A stretch of 64,000 bases of DNA from Gemmatimonadaceae bacterium. Lineage in GTDB: Bacteria > Gemmatimonadota > Gemmatimonadetes > Gemmatimonadales > Gemmatimonadaceae. The DNA lies in the NCBI GenBank assembly GCA_031423355.1, contig JANPFJ010000012.1, positions 7,640 to 71,639 of the forward strand. The letters are read 5' to 3'. A program made the position numbers and the translations under genes. Positions 7,170 to 18,333 of this stretch are shown here, piece by piece. Every line of letters begins with the position of its first letter. Position 1 is the stretch's first letter. The notes below the pieces were generated by a model. The model saw only the letters and a program-made list of their open reading frames with translations, did no database searches and was not told the origin of the DNA.

Positions 7170-9878
7170 ATGATCATCATGTCTGACGTGCTGCCTCGCC
7201 TCAGTGTCGCCCTCGCCGACCGCTACCGCATCGAGCGCGAACTCGGCGCTGGCGGCATGGCGACGGTCTATCTGGCGCACGATCTCAAGCACGATCGTGA
7301 TGTGGCCATCAAGGTGCTGCATCCACATCTTGGCGCCGCGCTCGGCGGTGAGCGATTCCTGAGCGAGATCAAGACCACCGCACGCCTGCAGCACCCGCAC
7401 ATCCTGCCACTGCTCGACAGCGGTGACGCGGGTGATGGCCTCCTCTACTACGTCATGCCGTTCGTGGCTGGCGAGACGCTGCGCGCGCGACTCGAGCGCG
7501 AGAAGCAGCTCCCGATCGAGGACGCGACCCTCTTCGCGCGAGAGATCGGTGACGCGCTGCAGCATGCACACGCGCAAGGCATCGTGCATCGCGACATCAA
7601 GCCCGAGAACATCCTGCTGCAGGGTGGTCACGCACTGGTGGCCGACTTCGGTATCGCACTCGCCGTGCAGCAGGCCGCAGGCGAGCGCCTGACGCAGACG
7701 GGGATCAGCCTCGGGACGCCGCGCTACATGAGCCCCGAGCAGGCGATGGGCGAGCGCAGTCTCGACACGCGCAGCGACATCTATGCGCTCGGCACCGTCA
7801 CCTATGAAATGCTCACCGGCGACGCGCCATTCACCGGGAGCTCCGCGCAGGCGATCGTCGCCAGGGTCATGACGGAACGGCCGACCGCACCGAGCACGGT
7901 GCGCGACACCATCCCCGCAGGCGTCGAGCGGGCGGTACTCAAGGCGCTTGCCAAGCTGCCTGCCGACCGGCACGCGAGCGCGGCCGAGTTCGTGCGAGCG
8001 ATGCAAGCATCGGTATCGCCGGAGCCCGTCGCCGCCAACGTCGCATCGAGCACTCGTGCATCGCGCCTGCGAGCCGTCGCCAGCGGACTTGCGATCGGCG
8101 CGCTCCTTGGCGCGGGAGCCGCTGCGCTGGCGTTGTGGCCGCGCACGCGCGCGGCTTCGAGTCAGGCCGCGCTCCCCACGCGGCAACAGATCACATTCTC
8201 GGGCCTTGCCCGACGGCCCGCGATCAGTGATGACGGAAGCGTGGTCGCCTACGTCGAGCGTCGATGCACGCCATCAGGCTATGCCGAATCCGGCGAGGAT
8301 GGCACGGGTTCACACTGTCGTTCCTCGCTCATCGTGCAGGACACAGGCGGATCGGCACCGGTCCGTACCATCGACAACGTGCCTGAGATTTCCAACGTGC
8401 GTTGGGCCTCGAATGGCACCGCGCTGGTCGTGGAGGCGAAGCTGGATTCGCTGCGCGAGGGACTGTTCGTCGTCCCACGCCTTGGCGGGACCGTGCGCTC
8501 CCTCGGTGCCGGCGGCGCGATGGACGTCGACTGGTCATCCGACACGATCGTCGTGCTCCGCACGAGCAACGCACCGGAACGAACATCGTTCGCCGTCATG
8601 ATCCCGATTGCCGGCGGTGTTCCGACGGACAGCATCAGACTCCCCGCCTACCGCTTCGACGCGGTCGCGTGGTCACCAAACGGCAGGCTGTTCGCGTTGA
8701 AGTCTCCAACGAAAGTGTGGCTCGTTGGACGCGACGGCATCGTGAGTGATACCACCACCGCATATCCTCGAGCCAGGCTACGATGGTCAACTGACGGCCG
8801 CGGCCTGCTCGTGTTCGCGCCACGGCAACGCGAGGATGACCTGGTCCGCTGGCCGATCTCGGGCGATGGCAAGTTCGACGGAGCGCCGCAAGCGCTCGTG
8901 CCCGGTCTCCTGGTGCTGTACCGCGGCGAGTTCGATGTGGCCCGACGCGCTGGCACCATGGTCATCGTCACCGGCGAGCCAAGAAACGACCTCTGGAGTT
9001 TCAGCACGAGCGACGCATCGAACGCGGCACCAGTCCAGATGACTTCAGGCACGACATGGTATTCCGCACCGACCCTGTCGTCTGACGGGCGCACCTTGTA
9101 CGCGCTCCGCAACGACGCATTGGGCGACAATCTGCATCGGTTCAAGATCGGGAACGACAACCAGAACGGTGAGGCATTGACGTCGTACCGTACGCTGACG
9201 GAGAACGAAATCCATCCGGCGCTGTCGTCCGACGACCGGAGCGTCATTTTCGTCGTCAGCGAAGGACACCAGGAGTGGTCGGTTGGCGTTGACGCCGCGA
9301 CGCTGCGATCGACGCGAGCACCCATCGACGTCGGCGCGCTGGGCGGCGGTGTGCTGGCGCCGAGTCTGTCCGGCAAGCGGTCGGTGCTCTGGTCGTGGGA
9401 TACGGGCCGCCTCCTGCTGCTCTCGGGCACTGACGCGCCACGCGCGCTGCCCATCGCGGATTCCGTGTTGATCAATTCGGTGGCCCTCTCCCCGGACGGG
9501 AACCAGCTCGCGGCCGCCGTGGTGAGCGGCGACGTCGTGCGGCTCATCGCGACCACGATCGATCCCTGGCGGCCACGCACCCTCGGGGAGTTCCCGAAGA
9601 CATTGGCAGATCGTCAGCAGTTTGGATACGATATCTCGCCGATCGTCTGGAGCGCGGATGGCAGCCTGTTGGTCGCGCGGTGGGAGAGTGAACGCCAGGA
9701 GCTGGTGCTGTACCGCCTGGATCCGCGTGGCGGTGCCACGCCGGCGCGCGTCCGAGCGCTTCCACAGCGATGCGCCGCACGGGATGTGGCGATAGCAGCG
9801 AATGCGCCCGTTGGCGCGTGTCGCACCTCGGACTTCAGATCCGACTTGTACCTGTTCTCCGCGCCGGCTGCGCGCTGA
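7170..9878 (+). CDS. Ser/Thr protein kinase with a TM segment and a C-terminal beta-propeller-like domain
   Basis: The kinase motifs are complete (HRDIKPENILL, DFGIA). Tail repeats include WSPNGRLFAL, WSTDGRGLLV, LSSDGRTLYAL, LSPDGNQLAAA and WSADGSLLV. Confidence 0.9.
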   Translation: MIIMSDVLPRLSVALADRYRIERELGAGGMATVYLAHDLKHDRDVAIKVLHPHLGAALGGERFLSEIKTTARLQHPHILPLLDSGDAGDGLLYYVMPFVAGETLRARLEREKQLPIEDATLFAREIGDALQHAHAQGIVHRDIKPENILLQGGHALVADFGIALAVQQAAGERLTQTGISLGTPRYMSPEQAMGERSLDTRSDIYALGTVTYEMLTGDAPFTGSSAQAIVARVMTERPTAPSTVRDTIPAGVERAVLKALAKLPADRHASAAEFVRAMQASVSPEPVAANVASSTRASRLRAVASGLAIGALLGAGAAALALWPRTRAASSQAALPTRQQITFSGLARRPAISDDGSVVAYVERRCTPSGYAESGEDGTGSHCRSSLIVQDTGGSAPVRTIDNVPEISNVRWASNGTALVVEAKLDSLREGLFVVPRLGGTVRSLGAGGAMDVDWSSDTIVVLRTSNAPERTSFAVMIPIAGGVPTDSIRLPAYRFDAVAWSPNGRLFALKSPTKVWLVGRDGIVSDTTTAYPRARLRWSTDGRGLLVFAPRQREDDLVRWPISGDGKFDGAPQALVPGLLVLYRGEFDVARRAGTMVIVTGEPRNDLWSFSTSDASNAAPVQMTSGTTWYSAPTLSSDGRTLYALRNDALGDNLHRFKIGNDNQNGEALTSYRTLTENEIHPALSSDDRSVIFVVSEGHQEWSVGVDAATLRSTRAPIDVGALGGGVLAPSLSGKRSVLWSWDTGRLLLLSGTDAPRALPIADSVLINSVALSPDGNQLAAAVVSGDVVRLIATTIDPWRPRTLGEFPKTLADRQQFGYDISPIVWSADGSLLVARWESERQELVLYRLDPRGGATPARVRALPQRCAARDVAIAANAPVGACRTSDFRSDLYLFSAPAAR

Positions 9879-9970
9879 TGATCGACGTCCTCGCCCGCCT
9901 TTCCGCCGCCCGCGCTACCGCATCCTGCTCCGCGACGAATTCCACTGACGCATCCTTCCTCTGAGCAGCC

Positions 9971-11464
9971 ATGATCACTCGTCACCGATCCCTCGTCCCA
10001 TCCAGCACCCGGTTCACCGCGCCCCTGCTGCGCACGGCGTGCCTGGTCACGCTGCTTGCCGCCGCACCGTGCGCGCACGCGCAGGGTGCCGCTCCGCCCC
10101 TCAACGCAGTGGCCACGAACGCCGAGGTGCTCGGTGCCGAACGCCTCTTCTCGGCGTGGATGGAAGGGCAGCTCGCGTATCGCGGGATACCGGGTGTGGC
10201 CGTGGGCGTGGTGTACGATCAGCAGCTGGTGTGGTCGCAGGGGTTCGGCTTTGCCGATGTGAAGAACCGCGTGCCCATGACGCCGCAGGTGAAGTTCCGC
10301 ATTGCGTCGCACAGCAAGATGTTCGCGGCCATCGCCATCATGCAGCTGCGCGAGGAGGGGAGGATCCGGCTGGATGATCCGGTCGAGAAGTATCTCCCCT
10401 GGTTCAAGGCGAAGCCGGCGGGCGACGACGATGGCGTGGTCACCATCGAGCAACTGTTGTCGCACACATCGGGGTTGCAGCGTGAAGCGGGGGATCACTG
10501 GACCTCGTACAACTTTCCCACCGAAGACGAGATCAAGCGGCTGTACAGCGATCGTCAGGCGGCTTTCGCGCCCAACGTGCGGTGGAAGTACTCCAATCTG
10601 GCCTTTGCCGTGGCGGGGCTGGTGGTCGAGCAGATCACCGGCCAGAAGTGGGCCACCTACGTGCAGCAGCAGATGCTTGCCCCGCTCGGCATGACCGCCA
10701 CCAGCGTCGATCAGAACGTAGCGGGACTGACGGTGCCGTACATGCGACGCCTGCCCGACGGATCGCGCGATGTATTGCCCTTCGTGGACGCACGCGGCAT
10801 GGCGGCCGCGACGGGAATGACGTCCACGGTGGACGATCTCGCGAAGTTCGTCTCGGCGCAGTTCCGGCGGGGACCGCGAGGTGGCGCGCAGATTCTCAGC
10901 GCGGGGTCATGGCGTGAGATGCACCGCGTGCGAGCCGTTGACGAAACGTGGCAAAGCGGCAGCGGACTGGGATTCGATTTTCTTCGTGTCGACAATCGCA
11001 CCTGGGTCGGCCACGGTGGTGGCTATCCGGGCAATACCACGCACACGCTGTTTCAGGTGAACGACAAGGTTGGCGTGATCGTTCTCACCAACACCAACGA
11101 CTCCGACCCGCGACAGATCGCCGAACAACTGATCGCGACGGTCGGTGCCGCTGTGAAGAAGGCCATACCGGCACCACCGCCGACGATTGCCTGGGACCCG
11201 TCGTGGGCGCGCTTTGCCGGCTGGTACCGCAACTCATCGGGCGATTCGCGGGTCGTGTTGCTGAACGAGAAGCTGGTCATGATCTCGCCGACGTCGACCA
11301 CCGTCGGGACACCATCCACCCTCGAGCCCCTTGGCGGCGGTCGCTTCCGACTGATGGCCGCGGGCGGCGGCAGCGCCATCGGTGAAGTGGTGCGTTTCGT
11401 GGAGACGAACGGTGCGGTGACCCGCATGTACGTCGGCGACGGGTATCAGACGCGGCTGCCATAG
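9971..11464 (+). CDS. serine hydrolase, class C beta-lactamase / PBP4* family
   Basis: Has a signal peptide, the S-x-x-K motif in FRIASHSKMF, and a YSN motif (WKYSNLAF). Confidence 0.85.
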   Translation: MITRHRSLVPSSTRFTAPLLRTACLVTLLAAAPCAHAQGAAPPLNAVATNAEVLGAERLFSAWMEGQLAYRGIPGVAVGVVYDQQLVWSQGFGFADVKNRVPMTPQVKFRIASHSKMFAAIAIMQLREEGRIRLDDPVEKYLPWFKAKPAGDDDGVVTIEQLLSHTSGLQREAGDHWTSYNFPTEDEIKRLYSDRQAAFAPNVRWKYSNLAFAVAGLVVEQITGQKWATYVQQQMLAPLGMTATSVDQNVAGLTVPYMRRLPDGSRDVLPFVDARGMAAATGMTSTVDDLAKFVSAQFRRGPRGGAQILSAGSWREMHRVRAVDETWQSGSGLGFDFLRVDNRTWVGHGGGYPGNTTHTLFQVNDKVGVIVLTNTNDSDPRQIAEQLIATVGAAVKKAIPAPPPTIAWDPSWARFAGWYRNSSGDSRVVLLNEKLVMISPTSTTVGTPSTLEPLGGGRFRLMAAGGGSAIGEVVRFVETNGAVTRMYVGDGYQTRLP

Positions 11465-11510
11465 GCCGTGCCACTCGTGACCGAGGCCCGCCATCAGTAC
11501 TGTTCCTCAC

Positions 11511-11765
11511 ATGCCCACCCGCGTGACAACTCCCAGAGTCAGCCTCGACGACCTGTACGGCGAGGAAGCCGCCGAGTGGATGCGGCTCACACCGCAGCAA
11601 CGGTGGGCGGAGAGCGTTCGCCTGGCGACGTGGTTCCACGCCCTCGGAGGCACCAGTGATCCCGATCCAGATCCTTCGAGTCCTTTCTACGATCCGTCGC
11701 TTCGACGTGCCCGCCCTGTTGATGGGAGGCCAGGCCTGCGTGTTGTACGGCGCGGCCGAGTATAG
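11511..11765 (+). CDS. small hypothetical protein (possible antitoxin-like partner of the following NTase-like ORF)
   Basis: An 84-aa ORF (SLDDLYGEEAAEWMRLTPQQRWAESVRLATWFHALGG). It overlaps the next ORF by 110 nt, so either its 3' end or the neighbour's start is uncertain. Confidence 0.35.
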   Translation: MPTRVTTPRVSLDDLYGEEAAEWMRLTPQQRWAESVRLATWFHALGGTSDPDPDPSSPFYDPSLRRARPVDGRPGLRVVRRGRV

Positions 11766-12183
11766 TCGAGATCTGGATCTCGCCGTGCCCGCCACCGACA
11801 GGGCGCTGCCACGATTGACCGACGCGCTGCAGGCGTTGCGCGCCACCGTGATTGCGGTCCCGCGCTTCGAACAGGACCACCTCGTGCGCGGCCATGCCGT
11901 GCACTTCAGCGTCCCGCCTGACGCCGACCTCGGCGCCGTGCCTCCGCTGCGAGTGGACATCATGAGCCACATGCGTGGCGTTGCCCCGTTCGAGGAGCTG
12001 TGGGAACGTCGGACGACCATCGCGCTCGCCGATCCGTCGTCGCCGGAGGAGATCCTGGTGGATCTCATGTCGTTGGGTGATCTGGTGCACGCCAAGAAGA
12101 CCCAGCGTGACAAGGACTGGCCGATGCTTCGGCGCCTCGTGGACGCATCGTACGCCAGCGGACGACCACCAGACGGGTCACGC

Positions 12184-14234
<2,051 letters not shown>

Positions 14235-14430
14235 CAGTCCCGAGGGGCAGAGTCGAAAACATCGCGCTCAGACCAGGCGCAACAGATTGGCAATTCGATT
14301 GACAATCTGGCGGCATGGCCGCCGTTCATGGGGCCAGAGTCCCCGCGCGCTCCTCGACTCCGACCTGATGAATGGCCCCATCACGACAAAACCCAACTGC
14401 TCAAGGACTCTCTGACTCGGGCGCGCTCCG

Positions 14431-14805
14431 CTACCGCTTCGGATTCACTTCGTATCCCATGCCCAAGGATCCGACGTCGCCCGTCACCTTGATCGCGACC
14501 GTCGCCGTCTGTGTCGGCGACGTGTTCATGAACACGGCCATCGCAGCCTTGGGGAACCGTGCGTCCACGGGCTCGCCAGGTGCCAGTGTCAGCAGGCTGT
14601 CACGCTTGCCGGCCACTTCGGAAAAGACGACGACGGCCACGGAGCCGGCATTCGTCCCACGCACCACGAACGCGCCCGGCTGTCCGCCGCCCAGCCGGAA
14701 CGCTTTGCCCGGCTCGATCATCGTGGTGCTGGTCAGCGACGTGCAGGCCGTGACGGCGGGGACGGTCGCGAGGAGCAGAGCGCGGCGGATGCAGAAGGCA
14801 GACAT
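14431..14805 (-). CDS. small lipoprotein, unknown function
   Basis: MSAFCIRRALLLATVPAVTAC is a lipobox signal peptide, and the 124-aa ORF has normal composition. Confidence 0.65.
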   Translation of the reverse strand: MSAFCIRRALLLATVPAVTACTSLTSTTMIEPGKAFRLGGGQPGAFVVRGTNAGSVAVVVFSEVAGKRDSLLTLAPGEPVDARFPKAAMAVFMNTSPTQTATVAIKVTGDVGSLGMGYEVNPKR

Positions 14806-14890
14806 GGCGAATTCCGGAAGCGAGGAGAACGGCGCGTTGTATCAACCTGTTCGCGGCGGCGTCGCCGGTGGATGCAGCCCCCGTCCGGAC

Positions 14891-14946
14891 ATCGGTGACA
14901 GTGCACTTTTGCTATCGGTGACAGTGCACTTAGGATATCTGTCACC
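14891..14946. promoter_or_regulatory. repeated motif ATCGGTGACAGTGCACTT (2 direct copies plus 1 inverted half) in a divergent promoter region
   Basis: Direct copies lie at 14891-14908 and 14914-14931, with the inverted half ctgtcaccg at 14938-14946. The region lies between the divergent genes 14431..14805(-) and 14982..16208(+). The same motif recurs as a hairpin at 36513-36559. Confidence 0.45.
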
Positions 14947-14981
14947 GGCGTTCCTGCCGACACTTTTCTCTGACGGCCCTC

Positions 14982-16208
14982 ATGTTCCGACGATCCTCGA
15001 TGCTGTTGACCATGCTCGTCGCCACGAGCACGCTTGTCGCGCAGACACCATCCGACCCCGCACTGGTGCGTGCCCGTCGAATCCTCCGCACATCGCCCCT
15101 GATCGACGGACACAACGATCTCGCGTGGGTCATCCGGGCAGACACGCGGGCGCCTCGGGACGTCGAGGCCTATGACCTGCGGAAGCGGACCCGCGGCGAT
15201 ACCGATCTCCAGCGACTGCGGAGCGGGCAGGTGGGCGCGCAATTCTGGTCCGTCTTCATTCCGGGCGACATCAAGGATTCCGGCTACGCGAGGGTGCAGC
15301 TGGAGCAGATCGACATCGCACGCCGCGTGATCGAGCGCTACCCCGAGGCGCTGTCGCTCGCCACCACGTCCAGCGACGTGACTGTCGCCTTTCGCAACGG
15401 CAGGATCGGCTCGCTGCTTGGGATGGAAGGCGGTCACGCGATCGAGAACTCCCTCGGAGCGCTGCGGTCGTACTACCGACTCGGCGTGCGGTACATGACG
15501 CTCACCCACAACGTGACCCTCGACTGGGCCGACGCGGCGATGGACGTACCGCGGCACAACGGCCTGACGCCGTTCGGTAAGGAAGTGGTGCGCGAGATGA
15601 ATCGGCTTGGCATGATCGTCGACATTTCGCATGTCACGCCGAAGGTCATGCACGACGTCCTCGACGTGGCTGAGGCGCCGGTGATGTTTTCCCACTCATC
15701 CGCCAAGGCACTCACCGAACATCCGCGGAATGTCCCTGACGACGTGCTGCGTCGCCTCGGGAAGAACGGCGGCGTGGTGATGGTGACGTTCATTCCCGCG
15801 TTCGTGTCGCAGTCGGTCGCGACGTGGGAGCTCAGGCTTGACGAACTCACCATGGGCAAGCCCCCCGCGGAGGCGGCGCGACTTCGTGTGGAGTATGCCA
15901 GCGCGACGCCGAAACCCGTTGCGACGCTGAAGGATGTAGCCGACCACATCGACTACGTCCGCAAGACGGCCGGGGTCGATAATGTCGGCATCGGGAGCGA
16001 TTTCTGGGGCGATCCCGAGATGCCCACGGGACTCGAGGATGCATCGCGGTTTCCATACCTGTTTGCGGAGCTGATCCGGCGGGGCTGGTCCGATGCCGAT
16101 CTGGTCAAGCTGGCCGGCGGGAACATCCTGCGCGTGATCCGGGGCGCTGAAGTCGCAGCAGCACGGATCCAACGGCAGCGGCCGGCTTCGACGGCGACGT
16201 TCGACTGA
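14982..16208 (+). CDS. membrane dipeptidase (peptidase family M19)
   Basis: Signal peptide, then PLIDGHNDLAW, QFWSVF, GMEGGH, YMTLTHN, DISH and HSSA, which are M19 renal-dipeptidase signature blocks. Confidence 0.9.
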   Translation: MFRRSSMLLTMLVATSTLVAQTPSDPALVRARRILRTSPLIDGHNDLAWVIRADTRAPRDVEAYDLRKRTRGDTDLQRLRSGQVGAQFWSVFIPGDIKDSGYARVQLEQIDIARRVIERYPEALSLATTSSDVTVAFRNGRIGSLLGMEGGHAIENSLGALRSYYRLGVRYMTLTHNVTLDWADAAMDVPRHNGLTPFGKEVVREMNRLGMIVDISHVTPKVMHDVLDVAEAPVMFSHSSAKALTEHPRNVPDDVLRRLGKNGGVVMVTFIPAFVSQSVATWELRLDELTMGKPPAEAARLRVEYASATPKPVATLKDVADHIDYVRKTAGVDNVGIGSDFWGDPEMPTGLEDASRFPYLFAELIRRGWSDADLVKLAGGNILRVIRGAEVAAARIQRQRPASTATFD

Positions 16209-16852
16209 TTGGGGACGCGACTGATTGGGGACGGAGTCCGTGACGTGTTGGGGACGGACCCCGTGCCAAGTTCTCGAGCGCCACTGTCGCGTTTCGTCTG
16301 AGCCCCGCCAGCTTGGCCCGTTTCATCGGCGACTTCAGGAACGCGTCCTGCTTTACGCTCACGAACTCCGTCCCCAAGTACACAGGCATCGCGGCACGCC
16401 GATGCGCGTGAGCTGGGCGACCACGGCCTGTGCTCGACCCACCCCGGTAGAACGTCCTTCTCCGTGACCGATGGGGACGGAGTTCCTGACGTGATGGGGA
16501 CGGAGTTCCGGACCGCAGTGCGGTCGGCGGTACTGCCAGGGTTGGCGACGTGGCGCAGGGACGTGTGCGGCGCGAGAGCCAGCCGGTCACGAAACGCTGA
16601 GAAGTTGTTTGGTCAGGCTCTCTGGGTATGATCGGCGTGTCAGCTGAACGCAACCGTTCAAGAACGATTGCCCGATGAAGGCCCCCGTGCAGCATTCTCG
16701 AGCACGACCGCCGCGTTTCGCTGCAGCCCCCGGAGCTTCGCCCGCGTCATCGGCGACTTCCGGAACACCGCGCTGAACGCGTCCTGCGCCACGTTCACGA
16801 ACTCCGTCCCCATGAAATCACGAACTCCGTCCCCATGACCGGTCCCCATGAC
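16206..16852. repeat. BIME-like mosaic: four REP clusters in alternating orientation interleaved with two short QueG-like repeat copies
   Basis: GGGGACGGAGT-orientation REPs lie at 16206-16266 and 16470-16513. ACTCCGTCCCC-orientation REPs lie at 16358-16376 and 16795-16852. QueG-like pieces (SPMKRAKLAGLRRNATVALEN and SPMTRAKLRGLQRNAAVVLEN on the minus strand) lie at about 16267-16360 and 16690-16795. Confidence 0.85.
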
Positions 16853-16998
16853 CGGTGACACCGAATCCGCGAGCCCTGATACGGCAGACGCACCGCTCAG
16901 CCCTGCCAGTACGCCAGACACGACAAAGCGCCCGACGAGGCTCACGCTCGCCATTGTCGCTCGGATCGCCGCCGGCGTAGCCGTTGGCGAAGACCTCC

Positions 16999-18333
16999 CT
17001 ACTCCGGCCCCTCCCACTGCAACACCTTCATCAACGAGGCCTGCGGCGACGACCGGAGATCGTTCTCCGACCGCATGCGCTGCGTCGATCCCATGTACAG
17101 CGCCTTCCCGAAGCGCGGGGACATCTCCTCGTCGGCCCGGCGCAGCAACAGCACCAGTTCGGCGAGCAGCGGCTCGACACCCGGCAGGTCGCGCGCGTAG
17201 TGCTCCATCCACTTGAGTTCGCGCTTGAGATAGTGCTTGGCGCCGCGACGGTCGCCTTCGACGTTGAAGGTCACGGTGCGACGCATGGCATCAGCTTGCC
17301 AGGCGATGAAGGCCGCAACGCTGCGATCGACGTCGCGCCGCTGTGTCTTGTTCTCAGACGACTCGGCAAGGAGCAACTCCGCTTCGGCGGCGGCGGCGTT
17401 TACACTGCCGGTGCCATCGGGACGCATGCCGAACGCGGTGGCCGAGAGCGGGATCCGCATGCCGACAGCGCCCGCGGGGCAGTGCAGTCGCACCACCACC
17501 CGCTTGGGATTCGCCGTGAGCAATGTGCCGACCATCACGTCGATCGCGCCAGGCAGCACGGTGTGCGACCACGACCCCACGACCTCGGCGCGCACATTGG
17601 CGGGCACGACGACGCGGAGGGCGACGCGTTCGAGCAGCGCGCTGCGCCCCTCGATGAGTTCGCCGAGCACCACCTCGCTGATCTCCTCGGCGTGTTCGGC
17701 GTCGTGGAGGCGCCCACCGCCTGCTTCTGCGATGGCGCCGAGCACGGCTTCGTCGTAGTCGTTTCCGATGCCGACGGCGGAAGTGATGATCCCGCGCGCG
17801 AGTGCCTCGCCGGCGTGGTGCGCGAGGTCGCGTGGGGCAGTGGTGCCCTGGTTGGCCTGTCCGTCGGAGAGGATGAGCACGCGATGTGAGGCCTTGGCCG
17901 AGTCGCGCATGGCGGTGGCGACGCGCTCGCCGGCCAGGAGCCACCCCTCCCAGAGATTGGTGTTGCCCTCGGACTCCAGGCGCGCGATCGCCTGGAGCGC
18001 GTCACGCCGACCGGCGTCGTCCATGACGCGGGCGTCGAGGAGGAGCGTGGCCGCGTTGCTGAAGGCGACAGTGGTGAGGCGGTCACGTGCGGTGAGGGCG
18101 CGCGTCACCGCGCTCGCCGTATCGCGTGCCGCGACCAGCTTCTCGCCCGCCATGGAACCGGAGACATCGATCGCGAGTGCGAGGTTGATCGCGGGCGGCG
18201 TGACGTCGCTGGCCACCGTGCCGCTCGCGTCCAGGTCGGCGACGAGGTAGCGCACGGAGCCGCCGGCGTCCCACGCGAGGGCGCGGTCGAGGCCGATGCG
18301 GAGTGTGAGTGCGGTGCGTGTCGAGGTGGGCAT
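16999..18333 (-). CDS. von Willebrand factor A (VWA) domain protein with a ~200-aa C-terminal extension
   Basis: Starts at ATG 18331-18333 (TAATG overlap with the upstream MerR-like gene). The MIDAS motif is LAIDVSGSM, followed by TNLWEGW and ILSDGQAN. Confidence 0.8.
   Translation of the reverse strand: MPTSTRTALTLRIGLDRALAWDAGGSVRYLVADLDASGTVASDVTPPAINLALAIDVSGSMAGEKLVAARDTASAVTRALTARDRLTTVAFSNAATLLLDARVMDDAGRRDALQAIARLESEGNTNLWEGWLLAGERVATAMRDSAKASHRVLILSDGQANQGTTAPRDLAHHAGEALARGIITSAVGIGNDYDEAVLGAIAEAGGGRLHDAEHAEEISEVVLGELIEGRSALLERVALRVVVPANVRAEVVGSWSHTVLPGAIDVMVGTLLTANPKRVVVRLHCPAGAVGMRIPLSATAFGMRPDGTGSVNAAAAEAELLLAESSENKTQRRDVDRSVAAFIAWQADAMRRTVTFNVEGDRRGAKHYLKRELKWMEHYARDLPGVEPLLAELVLLLRRADEEMSPRFGKALYMGSTQRMRSENDLRSSPQASLMKVLQWEGPE

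Noticed and set aside
16105-17212. ORFs 16105..16695 and 16658..17212 as protein-coding genes.
   Set aside because: Their sequences are stitched together from REP copies (GTEFV/GDGVR strings) and short QueG-like fragments, with no coherent domain. They are better explained as a repeat mosaic.
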